In this document: positions 47,267 to 60,651 of the stretch, one piece after another
Layout: each line of letters starts with the position of its first letter
How positions within the stretch are numbered: the stretch's first letter is position 1
Source: Rhizophagus irregularis
Taxonomy: Eukaryota
Assembly: GCF_026210795.1 (NCBI RefSeq)
Contig: NC_089431.1
Span: 3,534,001 to 3,598,000, forward strand
Direction: 5' to 3'
DNA: 64,000 nt
Notes under the pieces: generated by a model
The model's input: only the letters and a program-made list of their open reading frames with translations
Told to the model about the DNA's origin: nothing
Databases searched by the model: none
Position numbers and translations under genes: made by a program

Positions 47267-47308
<42 letters not shown>

Positions 47309-47611
47309 GCAATGGCAACGGCAGCAGCAACACCAGCAGCGTATGCAGCGCCGACAGCGCGAATGTTTTGAATCAACGGGTAATAAAATTTATTAATTTA
47401 ATGTAAAAGTAAATTTTATAAATTATTTAATAATAAAATTTTTAAATTAATAAAAATAGGAGCTGTTTGCTATTATTGTAATGATAATCATTACATCTTC
47501 GCTTGTACTCAAATACCGAAAGAGTACAAAGGCCGTTGCGTTAATTGCTGGGCGGACGATCATATGGTTATGAGTTGTAATAATGTTAAAATAAGAGAGC
47601 CTTGGCTCTAA
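47267..47611 (+). pseudogene. CACTA accessory gene, 3' part (poly-Q plus two zinc knuckles)
   Basis: QQQQWQRQQQHQQRMQRRQRECFEST, intron, CYYCNDNHYIFAC...CVNCWADDHMVMSC...PWL*. In frame with 31718-32728 after removing the element and one TSD. Confidence 0.7.
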
Positions 47612-47704
47612 ATTTTTTAATTTTTTAACTTTTTTCTAATCTTTTTAATTTTTTAAGTTAGATTAAAAATTATTTTCTGAATCATGTTATGTTCTCGAAC
47701 ATTT

Positions 47705-47925
47705 TTCCGATTGGGGTCGGATAATAAAAGATTAATTAAAATATTCGATTGGGGTCGAATATTTTTCTTTTTCCGATTGGGGTCGGATATTAATCTTTTA
47801 AAAAATGTTCGATTACTATTTTTTTTTTGTCCGATCGATTGGGGTCGAATTAATTTTTGATTACTATTTTTTTTTGTCTGAGTCGGATTAATTTTTTTAA
47901 AAAACGTTCGATTGGGGTCGAACCA
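47705..47925. repeat. CGATTGGGGTCG repeats in the CACTA right arm
   Basis: About 5 dispersed copies. Confidence 0.7.
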
Positions 47926-49443
47926 ATATAATAAAAAAAAATTTTTTTATAAAATTATATATTTATTTTCATATATATTATTTTTAATATTTTTTATTTA
48001 TTTTTAATATTTTTTATTTATTAATATTATTAATTCGCAATTCGTAAAAAAAGTAAACATGAAAAAATTTACATTACATTTATATAATGATCGGTAGGAA
48101 TAGTAGTGATAATAAAATGCGTTAATATTCGTTAATACCAATAATTAAATGTGTTAATACTAAGAATCTCTAATCATTTTAGATCTAAACATGAATAACG
48201 ACGATACTTGATGTAAAACTCGTTTCTATTAGTTAGTAAATAGTATGTACATGAGAGGTAACAGCAATCCAAAAGGCGCGTTACTTTATAAACTGGTAAA
48301 CTTTATAGAATAAAATAACAGCTAAAGGAAACGAAAATAATGAGATATTACTAAGGTATACAAGGTATAGGTATCATGTATCATTCAGCGATATTAAAAC
48401 AGCACCAAGTTATGTATGATAAGTTTATACGAAGTTTATATCAACGACGAAGTTTAATTTTCTAGATCTTTTATTAAAAATTGGAATAATAATGAATTTC
48501 TAAGTATTTTTCTATTTATTATTTTATTTAAGAATTTTTTTTATAATAAAACTTGCTTAGTAATACAATATATAATAAAATCAATAAAATCAATAAAATA
48601 AGTTTCATATTGCATAAAAAATTTTTTTATTTAATTAAATTTTTTTATTTAATTAATTATATTAATATATTTATTATAAAAGATTATTAAGGAAAGGTAA
48701 AAAAATTAAGTAAATTTAGAATGTGACGAAGGTGGATAAGGAAATAACGCGAGCGTGATGGTAGTTGCAGATGGTATGTGTATATGGTGGCGGCGGCGGT
48801 TATTGTGGTGGAGGAGGAAGTAATTGTAGTAAAGGAAGTGATCAAAAAAGTAATTTTAGAGACGGAAAAGGTGATCGTGATGAAGCGATTATTGTGATGT
48901 TTGCAGATATTTTCGGTTTTACTATAATATAAAAACTTGATACACGATTATAATATGGTTGAATTACGGTTAAATGGGTTAAATGATATTAAATGTATAT
49001 TATAGAAACGCGGTTCTGTTATAATAAAATAACTTGATCGCTAATATTATTATAAATTATAAGTTAATTTAAAATAAATACATTGTAGGTAAACAGTCAT
49101 ATATATTACTTTTTAAATACATTCACAATTCACAATTAAAGTAAAATGATCTCCCATCGTACAATTGTAACGATTGTACTAAAATAAACGTATATTTCGT
49201 ATATTTTCAAATATTGTACAATAATCGCACAATTTTTATATCCTAAACTTTTATTGCACAAAAGTTGAACGTTTTCTGTATACTTAATTTAAGTTTATTT
49301 TCAATTGTACAAAGATCGCACATTTTCAATACACTATAAAATCGACATGGCCATTTTTATCCAAAAAACTGCAATAATTGTATGATTTCTGCACGGACTT
49401 GAACAAATATTGCACAAAAATTGGATGATCTTTTTTCATAGGG

Positions 49444-50290
49444 AAAGAATGCTGGAATTCTGATCCAAATAAAAGGCCAACAGCTACTGTTTTAAAAAAC
49501 AAAATGTGTAAAATAGTCATTATCGAAAATGAAAATCCAACTAAAATTATAAGATCGTCAGGTATTGGACCTGTAAAAACAAATAATCCAGGCGCAATTT
49601 ACAGGAGTAGATCTTTAAGTGGTATGATTCAATCTGCAATGTCTACAAGAAGTTTAGATAATTACGGAAGTTGGTAAATATGATATTAAATGTTTTTACT
49701 TGACAAAAAATAGGATTCTGAATGATACCGTCCCAAGCTATTTATAAACTGTCCAAATAATTGGACATGGATGTCTGTTCCTAATTTGGATGATTGAATC
49801 AATCTGAATTATATATCAGAAGTAATAATAATACTATGCTTCATTACTATTTAGATTTTTTTTTTTAATGGTATTATTATTTGTATTCATTTAAAGGTAA
49901 AAGGAAGTTTGAAGACAACAAAATTGAAAACTGTTTTAATGAAGGTATTATAAAGTCAAAAATTATATAGTATATAAGTGCAAATGGATTCAATATTTAC
50001 TAAAGTGAAATATTTTCAGATAAAATTATTAAAAAGATAAGATCAATAGAAAATGAGAATAATGGTAAAATCCTTTTTATATCTTTGTAACAAAATACTA
50101 TTTATTCCTAATAAAATTTATTTTCATTTATTTAGATTATATTAAGCAAGAATTTGGATATAAAATATATTAATGATGAAAGTAAGTAAATACTATTGTA
50201 TAATTCTATAAATATTTTTATTATCTTAATCTGATTTTTTAATTTAAAAAAATAGGATATATTTCACAGGAAATTGATTTTGATATTTGA
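49444..50290 (+). pseudogene. TKL-like kinase pseudogene, 3' part
   Basis: (K)ECWNSDPNKRPTA...SSGIGPVKTNNPGAIYRSRSLS, then small exons ending GYISQEIDFDI*. Confidence 0.85.
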
Positions 50291-52795
50291 ATATTATATC
50301 TAAATTATCTTAAAGCCTATAAGTCGTTATTTATTCTTTTTTTCATTCTTTTATTTTATTTAATAAATAACATTGTTATTAAGTGTGTTATAATATACAT
50401 TCTACATTAGAGTTATAATTGATGTCTATTATGATTTGCTTTTGTAAACATATTCTCTAAGCTAAACTTTCAAACTTATATTTCTATAAACTTAAAAATT
50501 TAATAGTGAATCTGGACAATTAAACGAAATTTGCCCTTTTACCAATTTATAGTAATAACAAGATAAAAAAAAAATGAATTTTGCATCATCCATTATATTG
50601 TATTACTCAAAAACATATGAGTGATCTGACCTAAGGAAATCTCATAAATTGCATATTAATTTCAAGCTCGTTGAATTTTGAAATTCAATTGTTGAAAATG
50701 CGTTAAATGATCACACGTAATTTATCTGATTGGATATCTATCCTGTGATTGATGATTTCAAATGCATCAAATTCACTACGATTAAACATCTTAATATTTT
50801 TTTTTAACATATAACATTGTTTTTGAAAAAATTATATACTTAAAGAAGTTACATATATGGAGCTTTCTTTATTTAGAGTTAACCTTTTGTGGAAAAAAAT
50901 AGTGCACCCATGATTGTAATAATTGTAGTATTGGGATTATAAATTGGTTTTAATTAGTTATTATACATATGATACTTTCATTTCAAGGTTAAATAATATC
51001 TTTGCTGAAAGAAATGTCTCTTAATAATCCAATTAAAAATAAATGACCACAATTTATTAAAACTGTAATAGGTGAAAATTACAAATTGCTTTTTATCGAG
51101 GATCGAGGATTTTGTATGAAAATTTGATTTGAAAGAATTTCTTATTATTATGTTTAAGAAGGTGTTTAATTCAGAAACTCTAATTTGTACAATTAATTTC
51201 TATCATGTAATGAGACGATATTAATAGTTATTTTTTTATAGAAAATACTATCAAATATTCAATCAATAAATACAATATTGAATTTGTTCTTTATGCACGA
51301 TAATTTATTTTCTTTTAAATTTATAGTTTTAAATACCCGAGTAGCTTATTAAAATATGGATGAAGCATTACTTGTACTACAGAAGTTTATGAAGTATCGA
51401 AAATTTAAAATCATGGAAAATATTAACATCATTTATTAATTATATAATTTATTTTAAAGAATACAATATACACAATTTTTGATTACAATGGAGTTTAAAG
51501 TTTAAAATCATTATTAAAAAAAATAAACAAGTAAAATACGATTTAATTATGTAATGCATTGCTAAATTTAAAAACCAGTACATGTGATACTGCAAACTTA
51601 ATCTATATTTAACTTAAATAAAATGTATATATTAACTCATACTCATTGTAAAATAAATTTTTCATTATAAATACGCATCATATATTTTTTTTACAAATTA
51701 TTCATATAACCTAATAAAATGAACATATTAACAAATAACTATATTAGCTTGTGTTGACGAGACGTTCCTTAATGATATTGCTGAAAGCTTTATATTGAAT
51801 TAAATGTGAGAATCTTACACTACTAGTAACAAAAACTAATAGATATGAAAAGCGATTATCTTTACGGAATCAATGTAACTAAATGTCTTTCTTGCTTGTA
51901 TTGTGAATAATTATTTGATTTCTGATTTCAAGCTCAATCATAAATATTTATAAATTTACATCTAAACATAGAGTGGTTAAAGAGGACAAAAATCACAAAA
52001 TATACGAGTAAATTGCAAGGACAGATCTTTGCTATTTTCAAATGCGAAAGATTTGCATTTAAAAATATAAAAAGTTGGTAAGTGAAATCTTTCAAGTATG
52101 ACCAACATGAGAAGCAAAAAACAAATATATTATAAGTTTCAACATAATTAATTATGATACGGTATTTGACAACTCCATAAGGTGAATGGAATAGAAAGGA
52201 CTAAGGAGTAATTTTTGACCGAGGTGTTTCAACGACTTTACCACGTAGAAACCTGACATCCAATAAACAATATAACACTTATTCAGATTAGAATATGGAT
52301 AATCTCATATAAAGGTTTTCATTTAATATGGCGATTAAGATTATTAATAGTGCCTATTATTGTATTATAAATGTTATTGAACTTCCTGTCAAGGATATAG
52401 AAAGTGAAATGTATACAAAAAAAATCTTTGTAATTTTCTGAGGAACGAAAATTATTAAGGATTGAATCTGGGAGTTCACAAAGAATCACGTAACTTTTCT
52501 TAGTATTGAATTAGTCGATCAGTTCTTGTTATTTGATACCTTACTAGTATTGTAGGAATACCATGGTTTGGAAAATAATGTGGGTATGTCATGTAGTTCG
52601 TAACTCACTATAATTTTACAATTCCAGCCAAAATCATAAAACATGGTATAGAAAATGACATGCTAAATGCACACGTGACACCTTGAACAAATGTTCAAAG
52701 TATTTTATGATGGACAATACGTTATTCCGATTATGGATTGTCACTATGAAAGAAATCAGGATTTTTTTTACGACTGACTAGTGACTGCCGTATGC

Positions 52796-52925
52796 CGTAT
52801 ACATCCGATATTAAGCACCCCGAAATAAGCACCCCTGGCCAGAATTATGAAAATTTTGGCCTGCGTTATGCTGTTCCTAGCTAGCATTACGGTCAAAAAA
52901 GGGTGCTTAATTTCGGATGTATACG
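52796..52925. mobile_element. Tiny TIR element (Tc1/pogo-like MITE remnant)
   Basis: 25-bp inverted repeat CGTATACATCCGA(T/A)ATTAAGCACCC with 1 mismatch. Confidence 0.6.
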
Positions 52926-53926
52926 ATATCTATATTTTACTACTATTTCACATGCTTTTTTGAGATGGACATTTAACCGTTAAAAAATATGGAATCTTTA
53001 ATCTTTAATAAACCGTGCTTCATTACTTCAAACAGTCACTCAAAACGAATGTTAACACTAAAGAAAAAAATTATTTTTGTAATTCTTTTAAAAGCAAACT
53101 ATTTCATGAAAGAAGTAGTAATGATTTAGGATGCTTTTCGATGCAAATCTGGAATAATAGGAATTTTATTACAAAAGCAAAGAAAAAATCTATCAAATAC
53201 AGTATAAATTTTATATGGGACTAGACATATATTTGATTTATTAGGCCAATGATACTTATCACCATCATATTAAAATTTTCTACCTTAGAATGATGTCTAA
53301 GAATCTTTTTGGATTAATCTACTTAGGGTTATTAATTGGTAATTAAAATGAGTTTGTTAACATGAAATTTATTATTAAAATTCATGTATTGCAAGAATTT
53401 TTTCAGTATTACCTTCGTCCCTTCTCTTCGTTTTTTCGCAAGAAATGAAAGTTCAATACATTATGAAATTTTGATAGACTTAATTTAGTGTTCTTTAAAA
53501 TTTTTGATATTAAAATTTTGAGAATAAGTAAAATAATTGCAATTTATATAAGATATAATATTTTACATTACTAGTAAGTGTAAATTGGATCTTATTTACA
53601 ATTCTACTGTAAATTTCTATCAAATCTGTGTAATATTCTAATTTTTAAAAGTTCATTGCAACTATTAACTAATAAAATGAGTTAATTACTAGATTCCACC
53701 TTTAGACTTATTATTTTTGATTTTTTTTTGAAAAAAAGGAATTTAAAATATATACTATATATGCTAAATACAGTATGAATCAAAATCAAGCCTTCATAAA
53801 ATCTAAGAATTTTACCATTTTCGTTAATTTTCAATTGAGAAATATCAATTTCTTAAATTCTATTTAACAAAAATAAAGTATTATTTTTTATTATTACATA
53901 AATAAATTATAATATATAAATATTAG

Positions 53927-55320
53927 TTACCTGTATCGTTCTTCTGAATTTTTTGGTTCTGGAAGATTAATACTAAAATTAAGTAATCTACTTGTATAAA
54001 TGGCTTCTGGATGTATTTCATATGATATTCCTAAACTAGTTGAAGGAATAGCACTAGTCGATGATTTATTGCTATTATTAGTTTCTTCCGATTCTTTAGC
54101 CTGTTCTCGTATTTCTGTTTCAATCATTTTATATTTATCATATACTTCCTTTACATGGTCCCCAAGATAATCATAAGCTAATTCTGTTTTCCACTGATCT
54201 ACAATTTCATGAACTTCTCCTGCCGTTGGTCGATTTAAAGCATTCGCATCTAAACATTTATTAATTAAATCAAAAATTATTTGAGGAACCCTAATATTAA
54301 AACTTGGTCTAAGTCCTTCACAAATATCTAATGCTAAAAATTCATCATGAGATGAATTATGATATGGAGGTAATCCAGTAATTACTTCATACATAATTAT
54401 ACCAAAACTGTAAATATCAGCAGCTTTGGTATAATTTTGCCCTCGTAAAATTTCAGGAGCCATATAAGGTAAAACACCATAAACACCCTTTTTCGTATTT
54501 TCAGATGCATTGTGATCTGCAGGTTTACATAATCCAAAATCAGCTATACAAATTACACTATCTTTACATAATATATTGCCAACATGTAAATCTCGGTGAA
54601 TTATTTCATTATCATGAATATATCGAATTCCAAGTGCAATATCAGTTAAAATACAAATCTTATCACTCCAAGATAATTCATTATAACTTGTATCTAAATA
54701 ATTTCGTAAACTTCCTAATTCTGCATAATCTAGAACTATCATATAATTTTTTGTTTCTGGATCTTGAGTTATTCCATAAGGTTTAATAACACCATAGTTA
54801 AAATAAGTTATTACATCTGTGTGAAATATAATCTGAATTTAATGTACAAAATAAAACATATTAGTTATAAATAAAACTTTTCAAAATTTGTTAAACAACA
54901 ATACAACAATACCTCTTTCAAAAATTCAAATGTACTATTTTTTGAATTATTTAGGCTTTTCAGAGCTACAAATCCATTTTGATCTATTCTATTCCAATTT
55001 TCGTTTTTATCATCCCACGAAAATAGTCTTTCTATAGGTCCATCAATCCAGTTTGCTCTATAGACTTTGCCAAACCCACCTTCTGCAATATATTTAATAT
55101 CATAAAATCTGTCATAAGGTATCCATTCTATTCCTACATAATAATGTGATGATAACTGAATAAATTGAATCAATTTATCAACTTCATCACTACCACTAGT
55201 CCAATTTTTGAAATTTTGTTGAAAATGTAGTGCAGGACATGTAGCATCACATACTTCACATACTTCTATATAAAGTAGATTGTCTATTAAATCTTTGATA
55301 TATTTGATAAAAGAATTCAT
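53927..55320 (-). CDS. TKL-like Ser/Thr protein kinase (multi-exon; 3' end approximate)
   Basis: IAEGGFGKVYRA, VALK, intron 54833-54912, IHRDLHVGNIL, DFG, GVLPYMAPE, DIYSFG, HPEAIYTSRLL. Confidence 0.92.
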
Positions 55321-57950
55321 ATGAAAAATCAAATTTACTATTGTGCGAAACAAATAATAAAAAACCGGAAATAAAAATTGTTTTTCGTCCCGATATGACA
55401 ATAGAAATGGAAATCAAGATGCAAAAAAGTTATTATATGAGAATCGTTAATGTTACACTGTCGATCACTTTGCAGATCCTATATATGTACTACATAAATT
55501 CCCTAAATCTTTAGCTTATTACGCATATCTACCATTTAAATCCGTTATGTCATTTGTACGACAGCATACCAGGACCCAGAAATATATATAAAGGGTCAGG
55601 TTTGAGTTTGCGTATTTTGAACTAAAAAAATCATGAAAACCTTTCCTTTTTTAGATAATTTTTGATAATGCCGGTCAGAATTTTATTTCCTATTATAATA
55701 ACCGACTTCCTTTTTTCGTCCGCGTAATTTCTTATATCACATGAGATCAACAATTTATTTTTATCCATGTGTCTATAAAAATATACAGTATAATATGCCA
55801 ATGAAAAAAGTTTCTTTAAAAAACTATAAAAAATTTAGAGCTTAGATCCGGTGAATGATCCTAATGGGTTATTCAGTGAATATCCTAGGATTACGGATAT
55901 ATCCGAACTTTTATAAATCATAAACTAGGAAACGGCAACTATTGTAAGTCCGGAGCGAAAAAAAAGGTTATTATAGACAAACCTTTAATATCTCATGTAT
56001 TACAATTTATTTTTATCGTTTATTTTTGATGTAGCTCAAAATTTCAATGCCATCAATAACAAAAATAAAAAGCAACATGTGCTTCAGTTTAATTTATAAA
56101 TTTTGATAATGTAAAAGTATGAAATCTCAGATGAAATTTTTATGGGCTACGAAATTCCATGGAAATCCGTAGAAGTTTTATCTAATACTGTATAACAAAA
56201 GAAATTATTTTGCCGCTTACGCGAAAATTATTATATTACTATAAAATTAGGTTACACAATATAAAATAAATATAGATTTCAAATTTGCGATTTAAATGTA
56301 ACAGCAAACATAACAATAAAGAATCAATATTATAAAAGTCCATACCCGTAGCTTCATATTCAGGGTATACTTTGAAAACAATAGGATGAAGAATAGGTGA
56401 TATGTATTCTCTCCGTGAAGCTTCATTAGTGGAAGTTTTTTTGAATTCAATAATAATATCTATTGTCTTCTTTTAAACCGATATTTCCATGGTTGAGCCT
56501 TCGTATGTTGGTAATTCTTCCCAGCTATCATCTCTAAATACAAAAAGCTCCTTTACATCAGTGAAGCGCCATAAAGAAAAGGATTTCTGGGGAGTGTATA
56601 TTGTCAAATGTAATTCTATATGGAGAAAATTTCCGCTCAGATAATTCAGTTCTCAGCAACACTATCATCATCCATGAACGGAATAGTATCAGGGTATTTA
56701 TCTCGTGTTTAATGTTTAAATTTTCATCTTTCAACTCATTTGGAATAAAAATTGTAGAACGAAACAATTTTTTGAGAATTGTCAGTGTAGTTTTAGTTTC
56801 GCTATATACTATCCAGCAAAACTGCCAGTTTTTCGTCCATAATTCACATGACAGGTTACTTCTCTTTTAGAAATAGGCAATTGCACCATAATATGAATGC
56901 AATTACTACTACTTAGGTTTGTGGGAAAATGTGTAGAGATTTTTATCTAAATCACCCATTGACTCGGATCTTATTCAAAAGATATAAATACACTCGTACC
57001 AAATGTAATAATCAAAAGTTTCCGAATATAGATGATCCTAAAAGGTACGATTGATTAAATAGCTATCCAAATTCGCCATTAATATACTCAAGAGCCGCAA
57101 AAGTGGGTTACTACCAGTGGCAGTTTCATTACCATCAAAGCCATCATATACAAAACCGAACACCAGGTGCTATAAGTAATTAAAGTTAACATAAAAGTTT
57201 ACGTACTATTAAAGACAATAGTGGGAAGTTTTTTACCTATGGAAACTAGATGGCCGTGGTGATAGAATTATACCATCAGTAGCCTTAGCATTCTGAAATG
57301 AAAAGTTGAACATTTATTTTAATAAAATTGGATTGTTAGAATTCTCAACTAAATAAAATACCTTTACGTACCATGATGATAATTTCGTATTATACAATAA
57401 AAGAATCTAAAAAAAATAAAGTTAAATAAAATTATTAATTACATTCATTTATATATACTGTGTGTTTTTATTTTCACCCTATTCATAGGAATATTGTTCT
57501 CACTACTATGAATACCATAACCATTACCATAGAGGCTTAACCAACGAGAAATCTTAATTAATTAAATATTAGTAATTGGATAGGTAGTGGATAGGTGCAT
57601 GTTAGAATATCACTAAGAAGGCAGTTAAGATGACTATCCAATTATTGTATGATTATTTAATTACCAATATATTTTTTTTCGTGTACTATTATAACAAGTG
57701 GCATTCTAATTGTTGCAGCATAAATACTAATGTAAAGATTTTTATTTCTATAAATATTTAAATAACTATACAACTAAATAAAAAAAATAAACGGTAGAAG
57801 AATACAATCTCATGAATAATAATAGCTATTTCTTTATGTGTTTGAATTTAATTTTTTGGAATGTAAAATTAGCAATTAAAAATTTTCTAAATTCATTGAA
57901 TTTCTTTTGATAAAATGGTTAGTTTGAAATTTTTTTGATTTAAAGTATTA

Positions 57951-58137
57951 ACTAGGTAACGGGATCCGTTGTAATGTCCGAAGCACTCATTTAAAATCAC
58001 GCGTCAGGCGCATCACCGAAAATCTGATCACGTGATAATAATCAATAATACATCTTATTGGTTAATCACGCGTACGGACAGACATACCTTGCATTACAAT
58101 GTGTCTAACCATTAATGTCCTCCGCTAACGCTTCAGA

Positions 58138-58140
<3 letters not shown>
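57951..58140. mobile_element. Possible non-autonomous Helentron (HINE/DINE-like) element
   Basis: Starts ACTAG; subterminal inverted TTGTAATG / CATTACAA; ACGGACAGAC motif; TGTCCGAAGC / GCTTCAGACA inverted pair; followed by a T run. Confidence 0.4.

Positions 58141-58173
<33 letters not shown>
58141..58173. repeat. Poly-T tract (33 nt)
   Basis: Directly visible. Confidence 0.9.
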
Positions 58174-58177
<4 letters not shown>

Positions 58178-60651
58178 AGTAACGCGCTTTATTAATTGAC
58201 CTCGATTTAAAATAAATCTGATAAATCACATACAAAAGCACCTAGAGCAAAGAAAGTTCAAAAACTTTCTAAACCCTATAACTGAGTATTTATCTAACTA
58301 TAACTAAAAAAAAAATATAAAATCTAAACTAATACATTGTGTTCGATTCTATAATTATATTGTTTCCAACTACGCTACTGTTCTAGTGTTTTACGATGTT
58401 TTTTTGGTTTTTTTGCTATTTTATATGTTTTGAGGCTTTACTATTTTAAAATCAATCAAATTAATTGTGAAGATAATTCAAATAAAAACTAAATGATTTA
58501 AACTACATTAAAAGCGATAAAAATAAAGCAAAATAAAATTCTGTCTCGAAATTAAAAGAAAGAAAAACTATACTATCGCAGAAATTATCAATGTTTTCTC
58601 TTGAACAAGCTCTCTGTTGTCAAGTAGTTAAAAACTCGATCAAATTCCAGTATTGTTCTTCTAAAAATAAATTTTCAAGATTGTTAAAATTTTTTGGGAT
58701 AATTTGTTCATTCTGTATCAGAATTTTCCCTTTCTCCCTGCTTTCGCACTACACGCTTTTTGTTTTCATTTTTCTGTTCTTCATCATCATCGTCCGATAA
58801 ATCTGTTACTTTCTTTTTTCCTTTTTTTTGTGACATGTCTGTTGTCGTTTTTAATTCTTCTAATCTTTCTTTAAAATTGTTGTTCAAATTGTCTAACTCT
58901 TCATGTTCTTTTGAAGATCTTGGAATCGTTGAAAACGCTTCGGACAATAAATAACCAGGACCCCGAAATATAGTAAGGTGCATAATTGTATCGCCAGCAT
59001 AGAGAAATTTACGGGGTTAGGTATTGATTTGCAACCTAAGGATTTTTTAGCCATGGTCAGACTATTAAAATGCATATTTTTAACAGGTTTTTTGTTTAAA
59101 TAAAGGTTTATTTTGCGTATTTTTAGATCATATATGTAAATATATATATTTCATTGAGATAAATAAAAATAAATATAAATAACTATTAGTGCAAAAAACT
59201 TTATTTGGTGCAAAAAAATGTGTAATGCTTGTGCATTTAATTATAAAAAAATTATTCTTCTATTAAAACAATAGGTAAATTACATGATGATCGGTGGTTA
59301 AGAAATTAATTTGCGTATTTTTTCCAATTATCCAAAGTAAGGAGGTAATTTTACGTACTGAACTTTATAGAAAACCGTTGTACAGCTAATAGTAAAAAGT
59401 TTGAAGGTCACCTTACTGTAGCGATCGATCGATCACGTGACCAAAATTCACGAGATGACGATCAATGTTTCAAATGTTTCAAATGTTTGATATGTTAAAT
59501 ATGTCAAACATGTCCAATATGTCAACATAGTAACTATGTATTATATGTTAGATCTAATTAATTAGAGTAAAATAATTATAAATAGTGAAGCATTTGTAGC
59601 AGAACGAAAGTAAGTTCAATGGAGTTTTCTAATAAAAGAGGGTTTTTTTGAATATAATAAATAAACTATTGTTTGGTGCACATTGTTTAAGTGTAAAAGT
59701 AAATATGATTTTTGTTTAATCCTTTATTCGTGTTGTGAGTATATGCCGACGTAAAGTGCTATACTACACGTCTGATTGGATTGTTTATTAAGTATTTTTA
59801 CATAGAGTTTATTTATTGATTGTACACACATAGCTTACCCTTCTCCTTTTGTTTACGTTTGTAAACGATAAAGAACTGGCTTAACATTACCTTTTTATAT
59901 ATATTTCGGAGTCCTAAATAACCATTCTTGTTTACTTATATTTTCGTAAGCTGTAACGGGAGGGTAAGATGTAGGTTGCCGTGATTATCTTTTATATTTC
60001 ATTGTAATGCTCTAAGACATTTCCCAGTCACAAAGTTGTTTATACCTAAGTATTCAAAGTTTTCTCTGAGCTTGGTATGAAAGCGAAATAATAGGAATAA
60101 TCATTGAAAAAGTGCGTTACTCTTAAAATTATATTGAACTAGTAGTTCAGATCGCACAGTCCAAACATTCTGCTAAAATATATTTAGTTTAACGTTAAAT
60201 AAAGTTAGTCTATATACTATAGTAAATGTTATACAAATATATAAATAGTTACCACTATTATCATAGAATTTGGTAAGAGCAGGTTCAATCTCTGTGATGA
60301 AACATGATTCAAAATTAAAATTGTTGATAAAACTAAGACTAATATTTTTATTTTTACCTGATATAAAATTATTTTCAGTTTTTGAAATTCATAATAATAA
60401 TTAGGCAAGTTATTTTAGTATTAAAAGAATGAATTAATTAAATAAATTAGCGAGCAATACAAATAAAGGTAACAATATAGATTAGAATGAACAAATATAA
60501 CGTGCAGATCATAATTCTGATCTATTACTCGGGTTCCTAATAAATTTGTAAACAAGTTTATTTTACCTGATATAGGCACAACTTTTTCAGCTTGAAAATT
60601 CATGAGATAAAGTTAATATAGTTATATTGATAGGAATAAGTTAACTATCTG

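Larger units (their letters stand above)
7767..49443. mobile_element. CACTA/EnSpm (CMC) DNA transposon, 41,677 bp including nested insertions (~13.8 kb without them)
   Basis: Perfect 14-bp TIR CCCTATGAAAAAAG (7767-7780) / CTTTTTTCATAGGG (49430-49443); 3-bp TSD AAA. Removing it restores kinase text ELMK-ECWNSDPNKRPTA. Internal Transposase_21-type gene. Confidence 0.92.

Noticed and set aside
56340..57815. Possible degraded multi-exon gene on the minus strand
   Set aside because: Splice-like signals are present, but the frames I read contain stops and I recognise no domain.
58174..59075. Possible LINE 3' end next to the poly-T
   Set aside because: No RT or endonuclease motifs in the short ORFs and no TSD found.
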